Assembly (NCBI RefSeq): GCF_006345805.1
Contig: NC_043000.1
Coordinates: forward strand, 55,428,001-55,492,000
Source: Octopus sinensis
Lineage: Eukaryota
Direction of reading: 5' to 3'
DNA: 64,000 nt
The position numbers and the translations under genes are program-made. The notes below the pieces were generated by a model, which did not search any database, was not told the DNA's origin, and saw only the letters and a program-made list of their open reading frames with translations. Every line of letters starts with the position of its first letter. Positions within the stretch are counted from its first letter, which is position 1. This document shows, one piece after another, positions 11,454-25,718 of the stretch.

Positions 11454-13390
11454 ATATGTACATACACACATAACTACAATATTGCTCTGCATCCTCTCTC
11501 TTTTTTTATATAAAGCATTATTGTAAATGTATGTTTATGTCAGTGTCTGTTTGGTTGGCACCAGAATAGCGGGAATTTGAAAGGAAAGAGTAACCACTTC
11601 ACAGTAATTTTGCAAATCTGGACCATTGTATGTTTTAGCCAAAATAGGATACAATTTTGCATTGAATTGTGAATACAGGTATATCTATAGTTGAATATTT
11701 ACTATTGTGTTATTTACAATAAAACAGAATGGAAAATGTGAAATCGATTTTGTAATTTTGTCTGTACAACTACGTACTATTGGTTTGCGTCCCTAATATA
11801 ATATGTTATAAGCTAATATAAAACCACGAAAGTAGAAACATCAAAAGTGTGCACATGATTAAATGCGAAATATTTACTGAAATAATATATTCTACGACTA
11901 ACTTTCTGTTATCTTGTCACTGGAACGGTGTTAATAAAATACACAGACAATATATTTCCTCTCCTAAGATAATATTTCAATGATTGCTCTTTGTCTTTTC
12001 AAACTGGACATAAGGGGGGAAAGAAAAACAGACAATGCATATAAATATATAAATATATTGTATAATATAAATGGAAAATAATTAAAATCATTATAACCGT
12101 GGCAGGCGGTTTAAACAATTTTCTGGTGTACTTGAGACTGAAATGCATCGCAAACGCACATTTTTCTCCACATGTCTAACAGATCTGATTCATGTTTACG
12201 ATGATTGAATTAATTTAATAAGTCATTTAAACAATATGTCAGCTACATACTAACTAAGAGATATTAGGTAAAAAAATCATCTCAAAAACCATATTCTCCA
12301 TATTCATCAATTCTTAATCCAAATGAACATTTTTCTTCAATTTGTGCATACTGAAATTTATCATCCCAGGGTAATTAAACATTTTAAGATGTCGATGAAT
12401 TGCACTAGATTGCAATTGATTTAATTAACACTATTATCAAACGGCAATATTTCTTAGTAAACCTATGGTTTTTTTAATTAAATTAAAAATATAGCGAGAA
12501 ATAAACGAATGATTTGTGATTTTTTAGAAGTGGAATTTCGTTATTTTGCTCGAAAATCTTTCTTTTCTCTTTCACCTGCATCTTCAAATATATATTCATG
12601 AAGCTTGTCTTAAAATTTCATCTAGTTTCATTTACTTTGTAAATATATTTATGAAGTTGGTAATTATTATGTTCTCAGTGTACAAAAAGTATACGTAACA
12701 CTTAAGATATTGTATTTTCTAAAATTGTGTGCGTTTCTTTATGATAATTAAATGAAAACATCACCGTTTAAAATCCACTTATTTGTCAAGTTCTTGTGAT
12801 ATGCCGAACATGAACGAAATCTTAATTTTTTCTCTTTGTCGTATTGTTGGTTTCTTATATATGGGTAATCTAATACACTATAAACGATGTACTTTCTAAA
12901 TGAGTAAGCTATTTTTGCATATAACACATTTAAATATTGATTTAGATATATATCTCAAAAATTATCAGAAGGTTTCGAGAAGGTACATTCTTTCATTGCA
13001 GTGTACAGCGGAAATAAATATTCAAATAATAATATTGTCAGCCAGTCTACTGAGTCAATCTACAAATATACTTCACGCATTTTAAATTATCTAAACTTTG
13101 AACGTAAGGTTTTGTAGCGCTGTTTTAGAACAGCTTTAACATTTTTAAGATGGCTTATGCCGCTTTATAAATTCTGCCTGAATCACTGCAGATTTGCTAC
13201 CAGGTTTCTTCAATTGTCTCAAGACGCTTTTGGCAAGCATTATATTGGACATATGCATTTATTGATAGTTGCGCGAGCGCTGAAAGGCTGGTCGAATATC
13301 AGTTGAAGTCGACGAACGCTGAGGTCAACCAGTTTCTAGTTTTAGTGTGATGTTTGGAAACGCTTTAGAATATAGTTATGGTTAAAGGAC

Positions 13391-13866
13391 TGAACCGAAG
13401 TGCAGCTGCAATTAGTTGTTGCATCCTGACAGCATGTCATTCCATAACTCCCTCCAAAAGGAAGCAACATTTGAAAATGGACAACATGATGTTCGTTTAA
13501 CATTCTACATAATTATTCGGCCTACTTACATTGACTTTGCAATATTTTCCAACATAATATTGAAGCAACTTCAAGACTATTCTCTTTTGTTTGATATTTA
13601 AAGCGTTAGTGCTTTAAACCACTAACACTTGGAAAAATTCGTGTAGTGGGTCTTTATAATTGATTTATGTTGAAACACTCATGGAAAGATTTACAGCTAA
13701 AGTACAGAACCGAAGGGCAACTGAAATTGGCTGTTGCATCATCACAGCACGCCTTTCCACACCACTTTCAAAAGGTAGCAAGATAATATTTATTTCATAC
13801 CTTTGCTAATCATCCGGCCTACATACATGTTACACTGCAATATTTTTTCAACGAAAATTGAAGCTG
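13391..13866. repeat. Old diverged direct duplication (~170-bp segments, ~314-bp offset)
   Basis: GAACCGAAG.GCA.CTG.AATT.G.TGTTGCATC at ~13392 and ~13707; shared CGGCCTAC.TACAT and TGCAATATTTT downstream. Confidence 0.7.
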
Positions 13867-16010
13867 AAATATGTGGAACCCACGCGGAGCCTCGGTTGTA
13901 ACTTGTTGGTTTCTAAAAGCAAATAATATAATTTAAATTGCTTCTTTTTAAAAACAAATATACTGATAACAAATTGTGAACTGTATATGTGTGGGAGTTA
14001 CATTAAGTAGTTCTTTTTTTTTAACATAAAACGAATGTTTCAAGCAAATATTTTAAGCAGATCAAAGAAAAAGTTAGTATGGAAAGGTTTTATTCTCGGA
14101 ATGTAAAAGAAGATAATTAGTCCATGATAGCTAATATATATTAATTTTTAATGTTATGTTTTGGTTGAAATTATATATTTATGAATTGTTAAGAACTGCA
14201 GTATATTTTGTGTGGTTTGTTACAAGGAATATGTTTCAACTTTTCAAAAAACGGAAAGAAAAATCTTATGATTGTAATTGCTCTTCACCACACACCAATA
14301 TTAGTGTAATTCTTCGGAAAGGAAATTATTTTATACGCAGATTATCTAACTTTTATTTCTACAATATATTCTGACAGACAAGGCACTTCCCTGATATGAT
14401 TACTATCAGGTTTACGTTTATCTTCTATTTACTATATTATATTTATTTTGTTTCCTGACCATTCTGTCTGAACTCGAATTTACAAATGATTTACTTAAGT
14501 TTGAAAATTCGAACAACATTGTTTTCTTGTTTTATATAAAGTCGCTTATCACGAAAAGAAAATCTTACTAATTATTAAAGATGTTCTGCCAAAGACGTCT
14601 CATCATTTAAGCGAAGTGGAGCAAATAAAATCTCGATGTCTACAAGTGCTGATTGTGATATGTTGTTTTTTTCCATCACATTATCAACAGACTGTAAAAT
14701 GATCTGATTAAGAAATATCACGATAACAAATCAATGCATTTGAAGGCTAAAAAATTGCCACGTCAAGTACTTACTTTCTTTTTTTTCACCCATTTGTCGA
14801 CCGAAATACAAATTGATTGTGACAAAGTGACAATATTATCAATATAAAAAGGAAGTTCTCATCAACTGGAAAACGGCGATTAGCTTTCAATATCTGGTTG
14901 AAACGATTTTCATGCACATGCAGCAGCACTATATCTACCTCAGAGCAGGCGGTGCGTATATGTGATTCTATGTGGGTTATGGTGGGTGGCTACAGTACCT
15001 TTACACTCACATCCGTATTATTTTCCTATCCAGTTTTCAGTGCCACGCTGACAGAAGTAGATTCTACATCACTCTGCAATAGGTGCAAACATAAATTCAA
15101 ACTCCACCTCTTTTGATCCTAATAGAATTAAAACTAACCGGATCCCATAAATAAAGATATTTTGCATTGCAATCTCAATTGAAAAACTACAACCATTCAC
15201 GACTGGGACATTATTAAGATATTATTGGTTAAGTCTTGCTCCATAATCACAGCAGCATAAATTTTGCGATTTATGGTTACATCTACATGTAGATGTGGTT
15301 GATCGGTGCAAGTATGTGTCCCATTGTTCCTATAGATTCAGAACATCTGACTCAAATATTGATGGCAGTTGTTACAGTTATTTTCGAGATACCAAGATAT
15401 AGTTATAACAACAACTCATGATTAATCTGTTATTGGCCGGAGTATTAAACAATGTGACACCGACATGTATGTCTTTCCATCCAGGGTGCTGTATTGCTAA
15501 GTGAAGAAGCGGATGATTTTCTTCCACTGAGGACTATTGCCAATACTGTTAGGGGTTATTGTAACCACACATTTACAAAGATCGCTTCTTTTACATTTGC
15601 AATGAATCTTGCAGCAGAAGTTAAGATAAAGATATATTCAAAGATAAACTATTTTTGTGTGTGTTACAAGGTACCAATGAGCAGTGGATCATACATCTTC
15701 ACTTTTTAATACTGGACACTGATTTCAATATAACGTCGTCATAAATCAAGTTTATAAAATACACATGCACACATAAAGACACACACATACACATACACAT
15801 ACAATACATACACAAACACACACACATATATATATATATACGCGAGTATGTGTTATATATACATGTACGTGTATATATATATATATGTAGGGGTGTATCC
15901 ATATACGCATACACACACACATTCACACACATACAGTTATATATGTGTGTGCGTATATTTTTATATATAATATATATATTTCAACATACATACAGATATA
16001 TATGTGTGTA

Positions 16011-16058
<48 letters not shown>

Positions 16059-16113
16059 TAGATAGATATATATATAGATAGATAGATATATAGACAGATA
16101 GGTATATATATAG

Positions 16114-16150
<37 letters not shown>

Positions 16151-16528
16151 GAGAGAAAGAGAGAGACGTTCATGCTCATATAGACTAAACAAGCTTATAA
16201 CGACTCCAATAACCTAAATGGACCATATAAATGAACCTGTTACTAGATAAGCATCGTGAAATCTATATTACTTTCTATTTCTCTATCAAAAATAAAAGAA
16301 TTTCGAATGGAGATATTATTAATCGAACAGATACAAACATATACAAAATACTTGTCTAAATAATAAAGATATGTATATATACACGCACATGTACACATAC
16401 ATAAGTAAAAGGAAACATAGGCAATTTATTCACATATATGCCTATGTATGTTGATATATAGAGAATGTTGTACTTAAGTTTCGGCAGAAGTATAGTTTCA
16501 TATATACAAGCATATCATGATACACATG

Positions 16529-16746
16529 TTGGTTTCAAATTTTGATAGAAGACCGGCAATTTCAAATGAGGGACCAGGTTGATTACATTGATCCCCAGTG
16601 TTGAACAGCAACTTATTTTATCGACCTCAAAAAAGGAAATGCAAAATCGAGCTCGGCGAATTTGAACTTACTACGTAAAGGCGGACAAAATACTGCTAAG
16701 AATTTTGTCCAGTGCCGGCGTGCTAACAACTCGGCCAATTCACCGT
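16529..16746 (-). mobile_element. tRNA-derived SINE, family A
   Basis: Reverse complement has GTTAGCACGCCGG, B-box-like AGTTCAAATTCGCCGAG, GTCGATAAAATAAGT core and AAAATTTGAAACCAA tail, all shared with other copies in the window. Confidence 0.8.
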
Positions 16747-17062
16747 ATTATCGTGAAAGACATATTGGTAATCAAACATGCAAATTAAAAAACTACTTGA
16801 TATAAAAGAAGTAGATTTGCGCAGTTGCATATTTTATGGTCGATTGTAGCGATCAGATTCTAATCTCTCTCGCCGCGTGACCTATATTAAAATTTAATTA
16901 AAGGAGACTATAGGACCTCAGATCAGTTCATTTTATTTATTTTACAGTTATCACCGCGGATTTGTTTAACTCCATTCAACAGTGTTCAACGGAGTACAAT
17001 GTCGGTTAGTGAAAACTATGCATGCCAAATCAGCATCTTCGTTCGTACATCATTTTACTCCT

Positions 17063-17480
17063 TGTTTATACTGTTTGTCTCTGTCATCAGTTTAATCAGT
17101 TAACACAGACATCTTAGAGCTTAAAAGCCAGGTACTTATTCCATCGTTACTTTTGCTGAACTGTTAAGTCACGGGGATGTAAACACACCAACGCCGATTG
17201 TAAAGCAGAGGTGGAGGGCAAAAACAGAGACAAAAACGCAGATACACACACACGCACACACATATACACAGATACACACACAAACATATCAATAATATAG
17301 GACGGGCGTCTTTCAGTCTACCATCTCCAGTTACAAGGCTTTGGTTGGTCAGAGACTATAGTAGAAGCCGGTTGCCGAAGGTGCCGCGCAGTGGGACGGA
17401 ATCGGGAACCATATGGTTAAGGAAGTAAGCTTCTTACGACACAGCCTAACCTGCACTTTTGCCACACGGCCACACCTGCT
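17063..17480 (-). mobile_element. tRNA-derived SINE, family B
   Basis: Minus strand head GGCTGTGTCGTAAGAAGCTTACTTCC..CCCACTGCGCGGCACC, an internal (TG)n, and a tail sharing ATAAGTAC and ACTGA..ACA with 22600-22771. Confidence 0.75.
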
Positions 17481-18033
17481 TTAATGTCACAGAGCCACGC
17501 TGCGCTTATACCAGACATCCACGCCTGCGCCTATACTGTACTTATCCTGAAAAAGGGAAGGATATACAGAAAAGTGAATAGGAGATGGACGATTAAGTTG
17601 TACAACGTTAATCATATGTCTACACACCTACGTCATGGGTTATTAGGCAAGGAGTTTAATATTCTGATAGAAAACAACTTTCTATATACTTCTGTCATAC
17701 GACGTATATTTATATATTTATACAGGATATTACAGTCTTCACGTAATTATACACAATTACAAGAAAATGCACAGATCATTGAATCAAGCTGAGAACGTGA
17801 TTGGTATTTAAAGTATTACACAAAAAAATCACCCTATTACCCACCAAAAAGTTTTAAAAAAAGCAGTGTCGACATCTGAGAATTGCAAACAGACAGAACG
17901 ATAATGCAATATTTACTGATGGGAAAATAATTTATCCAATGTATCCTTCCAGTAATTATAGCATTCTACTGTGTCACCGTATTAATACTAAATGAAACGA
18001 TTGCTCATACACACATACACACGTACATATATA

Positions 18034-18071
<38 letters not shown>

Positions 18072-18106
18072 TATATACACATATATATATATACATATAC
18101 ATAAAC

Positions 18107-18153
<47 letters not shown>

Positions 18154-18154
18154 C

Positions 18155-18209
<55 letters not shown>

Positions 18210-18382
18210 TGTATATATGTACGTACGTATATATATTTATAAAAATACACACCGGCTATAGTACTTTTTTTTACATCAGCTCAACGATACAAATTTATAG
18301 GCGTTAGTTATAGTCGATAAATCTAATTTATATGATTATGTATTATAATGACATCGGCCTTCTTCTTTCACAATAATATGTG

Positions 18383-18416
<34 letters not shown>

Positions 18417-18439
18417 ATGTGTGTGTGTGTATGAGTACA

Positions 18440-18840
18440 TGTATGTCATTCTTCAGTTTCATTTTAGTATTTGGTATTATGTATGTATGTTTTGCTTTAT
18501 GTATGTATGTTTAGTATGCTTTGCTTTATATATGTATTCTCATGTATATAGTTGTATATCTAGACATGCTGATATATATTTAATGGATAAACTTCTGATA
18601 AGTTTTACAGATTTTTACAGTTCCAGTGATGGACTAGATCTGTAGTGTTCGAACTAGCTTTCCCCTTTCTTGTTTTGAGAATCCTAATTTTTCAAGATTG
18701 ATATTTAGGCAGTGTGTTACATATCCCTGGGCCCCAATACTTACAGGTATAAATCTGAACTTTTAGTCTGGATAGAATAACTGCAGATTTCCCAATAGTC
18801 CTGGGTAGGTATTCTCTTTTCCATTGAACTTCAGCTTTAT
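18440..18840 (-). mobile_element. 3' end of an R2-group (R4/Dong-like) RLE retrotransposon within (CATA)n
   Basis: Minus frame reads KLKFNGKENTYPGLLGNLQLFYPD*KFRFIPVSIGAQGYV...SITGTVKICKT, an RLE C-terminus. Both junctions lie in ATAC/TATG repeats. Confidence 0.7.
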
Positions 18841-20248
18841 GTATGCATGCATATATGTACGTACGTATGTATTTATGTATGCATGTATGTATGTATGTTT
18901 GTATGTATATATAGAGGGATGGACAGCTGGATGTATACGCAAAATCATATTAAAAATATATATAAGCATATACAAACATATGTATAGTTATGTGTTTATG
19001 TACGATATAAATTCTTTTGCTATATGCATGTGAAAATATGAATACACATACTAACATATGTAGTGTATGTGTATGTGTGCTTGTGTGTGTGTATGTGTGT
19101 GTGTGTATACATAATCGGCATTATTACAGTTATTAGCGGTCAGTTTCATTCGTTTCAGAAATAAATTGTGTAAATTTATGCTTGTAAAATTCTGAATAAC
19201 GAGATAATGAAATATTGGCCTACTAAGAGAAATGTAATTATAAATAAATTGTATGCCAGACATATATGTTTATCACTCAATACACAATTTCACGAACAAT
19301 TGTCAACCGCCATAAATGACCAATTAGCTAAAGGGAAGATATGGAAGCCTACCAAGTAGTGTAACATTACTAGGTGAAATCATTCTCTGGAACCCAGACC
19401 ATGACATATGATAAGATTAATGGCTACTCCTTATCTGTGAAGGTGTTTACTGTTAACGATCATTAATAATAATATACATATATGTAATCTATGGAACTTG
19501 AAAGTGCCGATAATTGAAATAGAGGATGATCTGTGAATGTATGTCAAAGACTTTATAATAGAGAATTCTTATAATTTGTTATAAATACATTAAGACAGCA
19601 ATGAATATTCAAATTTTACCATCTTACATCTAATAACAGAATGTCAGAGTTTACAATCCATATATTATCTTCTAAAGGATGAGTTATGTTGTCGTGAGGA
19701 CAATATTTGCAGAATTATCAACGGATCAATTTGTATATTAAAAAATATTATCATGCTATTGATATCACATTGATATTAATATGGCAAGGAGGGGAGTTCC
19801 AAATAGATCTTGTCAACAAAAATCTCCATACGATTTAAATGCGCCATTTTCTGATATCCAAGTGGCTAAAAGTGTATACGGAAGCCCACTCAGGAGTTAT
19901 GATCTGGATGCGGCCCTGCCTTTTTAGAATGTAAAGCGTTAAGGGCGGAAAAACTTGCGTGGGATAATTTTTGAGCTTTATAAATTTATTTATTTGTAGT
20001 TGTAAGTCGGCAATACACCAATAAATAACTATAAAACCCATTCTTTATTCCTTTTCTTGTTTATTGTGGCCAGCCTTAAGATTACCTGGCGTTCTGCACA
20101 AATCAAAAAGGCTTTTGTTAGACTAGTGTATTTATATTAGCAGGTAGCGTAAGAAGTATTTTGTCCGGGTTGATAATCGCTTATTAATAACTATATGGAT
20201 GTTTGTGTATCCATGAATGTCTGTACATATATGTGTGTATGTGTGTGT

Positions 20249-20249
<1 letters not shown>

Positions 20250-20283
<34 letters not shown>

Positions 20284-20284
20284 T

Positions 20285-20382
<98 letters not shown>
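20250..20382. repeat. (GATA)n microsatellite
   Basis: About 33 GATA units with one interruption. Confidence 0.95.
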
Positions 20383-22599
20383 TTGAATTATGGAAAATTT
20401 AGTAGTTAGGTTTTTATAATTCTCGAATTAACAGCAACGCGATACTGCTTACAGTATAAGCAAAACTGCTACAATTTAAATATCATAGATCTAAATCATA
20501 TTGAAATGAACGGAAATTCGTAAAACTTAAAGCTTTTTAAGAAATGAGATTCAAATGCCCTGTAAATAGTGGTGGATGTTTAGCAACAACGGAAATCATT
20601 AACTCTCATGAGGCCATCAAGTTGCAAACAACCAATGGTAGTCCATATACATTATGCTACATTTGAATGCTGCAAGATACTTCTCGTGTCCAGCTGATCT
20701 AAAGAATTGAATTTGGCACACTGCGATATGTGCACAACTGATCGGCAATGTTGCATGTACAAAACGTGTATAAAGAACACACAATTATATTTAAAATAAA
20801 TGTATTTCATAGTAAATTCATAAGAATGTTTATGCTTATAATTGCATAGACATGCATAATTAAACGCTTTGTGTAATGAATATTGAAAGCATCCAACTAA
20901 GGTTGTATTATTTAACAGTAAATAGATAAAAAATATATTTCCTTTTAGCTGTGATGCAACTAAGGTAGACGTTTAATGTTTTATGACAGTAGTCATTCAA
21001 CAGCAGGCGAATGAAAACTTATTTATCTTGAACTAGGCTTTGGTAACCTAAGTAAAATATTTGTATTCGGTGATATTTATATCTAGTAGTGTTTCTTCAA
21101 TTTTGGAATGTCAAGTAACAAATTTATATAATATGACACAAAGAAAATGGCGGAAGTTTACTGTTTGTAACTTGACATCCATAGTATATTAGGGATATAG
21201 TTAAAATATGTAGTTAAACAGAACCACCATAGTAAATTATCAAGGGACTAAAAAGCAATCAGGAAAAGAATATAACAAGATAAAATTAGAGTCGCTAACA
21301 AAATATAATATGATAAATGTTTTCATAATACAATATAACATATGACAGTCATATGAGTATAGCTTAAATAAACATAAGAACATTATTCATAAGTGCTTTA
21401 TAAAATGTCATCTTAATTCTAACCACATACAATTCGTCTTTTCCATTTTGTCATATTTTATGAATGAAAAAATATGAAATATGTTTCCCTTTTCTATACA
21501 GAAAATATGAAAAACTTTCTTAAGTTCACTATGTCTTGAGCTAAAAGACTACCTTCAACAGAAATACAAATGTACATACATTTTAGGAATTAATGACATC
21601 GGTGTTATATCTTCAATGTTACTCTTTTTTGTGAAGACCCATTATTCACATTGCAAAATATAAACACACACACATATTTTATAATACGTACATGTATACA
21701 TACAACAATACATGCATACATATATGTGTAGGTATATGTACATGCATGTGCGCGTATGTAAACGAAGATAACTACGCCAATTATTTAAAAAATATATTCA
21801 CTTTTATGTCATTCCCGCCAGCCTTTACTCACCATCTCCATCGAATGATCTATGACCGAATAGTCTGTCATTTTCATTTCTCATGACAACCAAAGCTGTT
21901 CATACTCCTAAATGCGTCGAAATTATCGAAATTATACATTCGTGCAACATCTTCCTTCCACCCAACTCCCTAACAAGCCTACCCGCCCACTAAAAGCTAA
22001 ACCCTGCGGTAGAGCATTAACCCAATGTACTGCACAAAGGTATTTGGTAGCGAAAATATATTCTTAAGAAACAATACATAATATCTGGGATAAAGTAGAG
22101 TATATGCGGTAAATGACGAATGCAGAGAAATACAAAGAACTATATTAAAATATATATAATATTCTGCGCAAGAGTAAATGTAAGAAAGCGGAATCTATAT
22201 TGAAATGAAAATTTTATTGCTGCCTTCTCAATGCTTGGTAATGTACAACACTATATGTCTTCAGAACATCCATATATTTAGTATGATCAGAATGATATAT
22301 TTCAATACTAGTAGTTTTTCACAATAAGATAAAAATAAGTGATTGTGAAACTAAGAATTTTCAAAACAAGATCTTTCCGTGTAAGAGATTTTCTTATAAA
22401 TCTAAAAAGATCTTACTTTTAAAGCCCTTACTTATTCGAAAATGAAATACTTTAATTCTTATATAAACACAACATACATTGATCTCCTATGATGTTATTG
22501 ATTTCATTTGCGTTTACAATGAAACATATTTATATATAACGGAACACAGTCATCAAAAGTAATACATATGTGTGTGTGTGCATGCGCGTGCGTGCGTGT

Positions 22600-22771
22600 G
22601 TGTGTGTGTGTGTTTGTGTGTATGTGTTTGTCTCCTGACATTGCTTGACAAGATACCGATAAAATAAGTACTATCTTACAAAGTATAAGACCTGGCGTCG
22701 ATTTGCTCGACGAAAGGCGGTGCTCCAGCATGGCTGCAGTCAAGTGACTGAAACAAGTAAAAGTTAAAAGA
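22600..22771 (+). mobile_element. SINE family B, 3' portion
   Basis: GCTTGACAA..CGATAAAATAAGTAC..GTCGATTTGCTCGAC.AAAGGCGGTGCTCCAGCATGG..GACTGAAACAAGTAAAAG. Confidence 0.75.
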
Positions 22772-22813
22772 ATATATATATATACACACAAACATACATA
22801 CACACACACACAC

Positions 22814-22887
<74 letters not shown>

Positions 22888-22924
22888 GTAATATAATATG
22901 TGACAATTATTCGGTTGTCATAAT

Positions 22925-22984
22925 ATAAGTCCGAGTTTCGGATGTCGGGTCGGGAAAACTGCTTCGGCATCTCGTCAGTTATTA
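22925..22984 (-). ncRNA. Degenerate type I hammerhead motif
   Basis: ataa-CUGACGA-gatgccg...cgacatc-c-GAAA-ctcgg-ac-ttat. Core, stem II and stem I (ataa/ttat) are present, but the cleavage triplet is not NUH. Confidence 0.45.
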
Positions 22985-24599
22985 AGACAAACAAAAACGC
23001 TATCGTTACAGATAAATATATTACAGATATATATTACAGATAAATTCCTCTATTTACATAATATCGAGGCCTCATTCATTCTTTTGCTGTCATACTATTA
23101 CTCAGAGTAACATGTTTTGTTGAATTTTCTGCTGCTTTAAATAAAGTGTATATATATATATATATGTGTGTATGTGTGTGTGTGTGATATATATATAGAC
23201 ACATATGTATGTATGTATCTATGAATGCAGACGAGTTTATGTATATCATGAAAGATTGGAATAGATATTTTTCATTTGATATTTGTTATTATAATGAGAA
23301 ATTGAAAATGGAATGAATCATTATAATATGTTGTTGATGATTTTACTGATAAATTGAAATAGAACATATCACATATGAAGAAAAGACAACTACAGAATAA
23401 ATGAAGTTAATAATATTTTCAAAGACTTGTGCTTTCGATATTCGATTTGGTGTTTCTAGCAGTTGCAGATTTGGTGCAAAATTATAGTTCTCTTAATTTT
23501 TTTTCTTACTTCACATATTTTATCGCTAACGCACCTCAGTGAAACAAAAATGTTGACAACTGCTATCATGCTAGAAATCTGATGGTCTATATTTCTGTAT
23601 AAATTCATGTGTGTAAATACAGCTCCGCGTTAATTCATACTTGATGTGTTAGTGTACACGTTGGTATACACAGTAGTTACACGATTCTGCAAAACATTAC
23701 GGTAATTATGCTGTATATGTGTATAACCAAACATAAATTGTCATGCGCGCAGAGAACAGCAACAAGCGAACCAAATTATCATATATTCATTCTTTATGGG
23801 TTCCAACCGATTCAAACCAGAATATGCTCACCATCGTTGAATTTCGTCATTGGAGAACAGCTTCACAGTTTAGGTGTCGTGTGTAATAGCATTAAATCTC
23901 AAAGGCGTCTGAGGTAATAGAACTTCTATTCCGTCCGAAACTGTTTTATTTACTTTAAATCTTTAGAGAATTACCTTTATACTGAATATTCCTCTCAATG
24001 ATAAGTCCTTGATAAGTGAATGTTTTTGTTAGAACACAATAATTTAATAATATTTATTTAGGATATTTTCCTTTTGATCGGCACGTCTAAAAATTCATTT
24101 TTGTTTTTAACTAAACAATTTCAAACTAGAATGTTTCAGAAAGAACATCTTTTACTCTTAGCGTTGTTGAGAAAAGTTCTATTTACGAAGTTATATCCTG
24201 TTAAATTTGTCGTATTTCGGTAATTTCAACCAGTCAATGGTGTGTATTCAGCTGAATAAAGTTACTGCTGTTGTTTGTCAACAACAACTTCCGGCGGTGT
24301 ACATTCAAAGAGCCAGCCTTTTCACATTGGGCAACGCTGACTCTCCTCACAAATACGTAATGAGACGCGTTCTTGTGGAGTGCGCAGACACTTGCACGTT
24401 AAGTTCATGGGAACGTTGTTTCGTGGATTGGCTCAACTGGAACACTCGTCTCCGAAACCGACAGGGTGACAGTATGTTCCTTTGTTTATCTTTTTAATTT
24501 AGTGTAAATTATGACAGGCAACCTGTGTGGTAGCAGTTTTGTGAAGGAAAGCATCTTTCATGCTTTAACCGTTATCCTTTTAAATCATAAGAAGGTCTT

Positions 24600-25185
24600 A
24601 TAGATTTTCATAGTCCCTGAAATCGTGATCATTTGTAGTGCATGATTAAAGATTTATATTCTCTCCCCAAGAATTCAAGTTCAACCATACTTTGATGGAT
24701 TGGTAGGTATCCTGTTGCCCCAATAATAATAGGTGTGGAGCTGAATATGTATCTCAGCAACTGGATTTACAAACTCCTTATCAATGGTCCACAAACGTCC
24801 TCTTTCGCTTGAATTTTTGTAACTATAACAGAACATATCTTTTCTTTATAGTGCCATACAACAATATTTTGTTGGATGTGTTTTAACTTTGTGGCTATTT
24901 TAATTTTTAAGTTGTCCCAGTATTCTTTTCACCCATCGGTATTAATATGATATACTTCGTCTGTAGGTGCTTTCTTTATGTTATCTTGTTCCAGACGGTT
25001 CTAGCTACCACGTCATGCCACATGAGAAAATAATATCTGGCAAACAAGCTCCTGCATTAGGCAATAATGTGATTGATGTATTCAGTCTTTTCTTGTACAG
25101 ATTACAGATGTCTGTCATCTTTCACTGCCTCTTATGCTGTAGGTACTTGGTGAGGAACTCTTGTTCTCGAATTTCTTTTAGGTAA
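24600..25185 (-). mobile_element. Decayed RLE-type non-LTR retrotransposon fragment (zinc-finger/RLE region), related to 18440-18840
   Basis: Minus frames read KEIREQEFLTKYLQHKR, LMWHDVVARTVWNKI (RHD-like) and KIQAKEDVCGPLIRSL..PIIIGATGYLP. Confidence 0.65.
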
Positions 25186-25322
25186 CCCTTGACGTGTGAT
25201 GTCATGAACTTGTCGGTATCCTATACCAAGCTTTCGGTATCCTATCCCAAGTATCCTATACCAAGCTTTTAGGTAACACTTGACGTGTGATGTCATGAAC
25301 TTGTCGGTATCCTATACCAAGT
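25176..25322. repeat. Local duplication (~57 bp) with short internal sub-repeats
   Basis: TTTTAGGTAAC.CTTGACGTGTGATGTCATGAACTTGTCGGTATCCTATACCAAG occurs twice, separated by extra GTATCCTAT.CCAAG copies. Confidence 0.85.
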
Positions 25323-25562
25323 TTGTGGCTTTCGTGCCGATTACCCATGTACTATCCTCTGAGTAAACCGGTACCATTTTTTTTTATTTTGTACTTCTGA
25401 TAAATAGATTTTACCAATGATCCTTGAGGAGAGATCTGTAAAAGCTCTTATTTAATACCTCCCCCCAAGTTAATTAGCTATCCTAATTATGTTGTTGATT
25501 TCATGTACACGAACTTGGGAAAGATATTTACCGGTCTCTGTCTTGTGCTGCATGTTACGTAT

Positions 25563-25718
25563 GTGTGCATGTATCTACGTGTGTATATCAATGAATATAT
25601 GATATGAATGTGTGCATACATGTATGGTAAGGTGCGTTCCGTGTGCATGTATCTACGTGTGTATATCAATGAATATATGATATGTATGTGTGCATACATG
25701 TATGGTAAGGTGCGTTCC
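25563..25718. repeat. 78-bp tandem duplication
   Basis: GTGTGCATGTATCTACG...GGTAAGGTGCGTTCC occurs twice with one mismatch. Confidence 0.9.

Noticed and set aside
24207-24497. GC-richer 96-aa ORF or possible exon
   Set aside because: No recognisable domain or convincing splice context.
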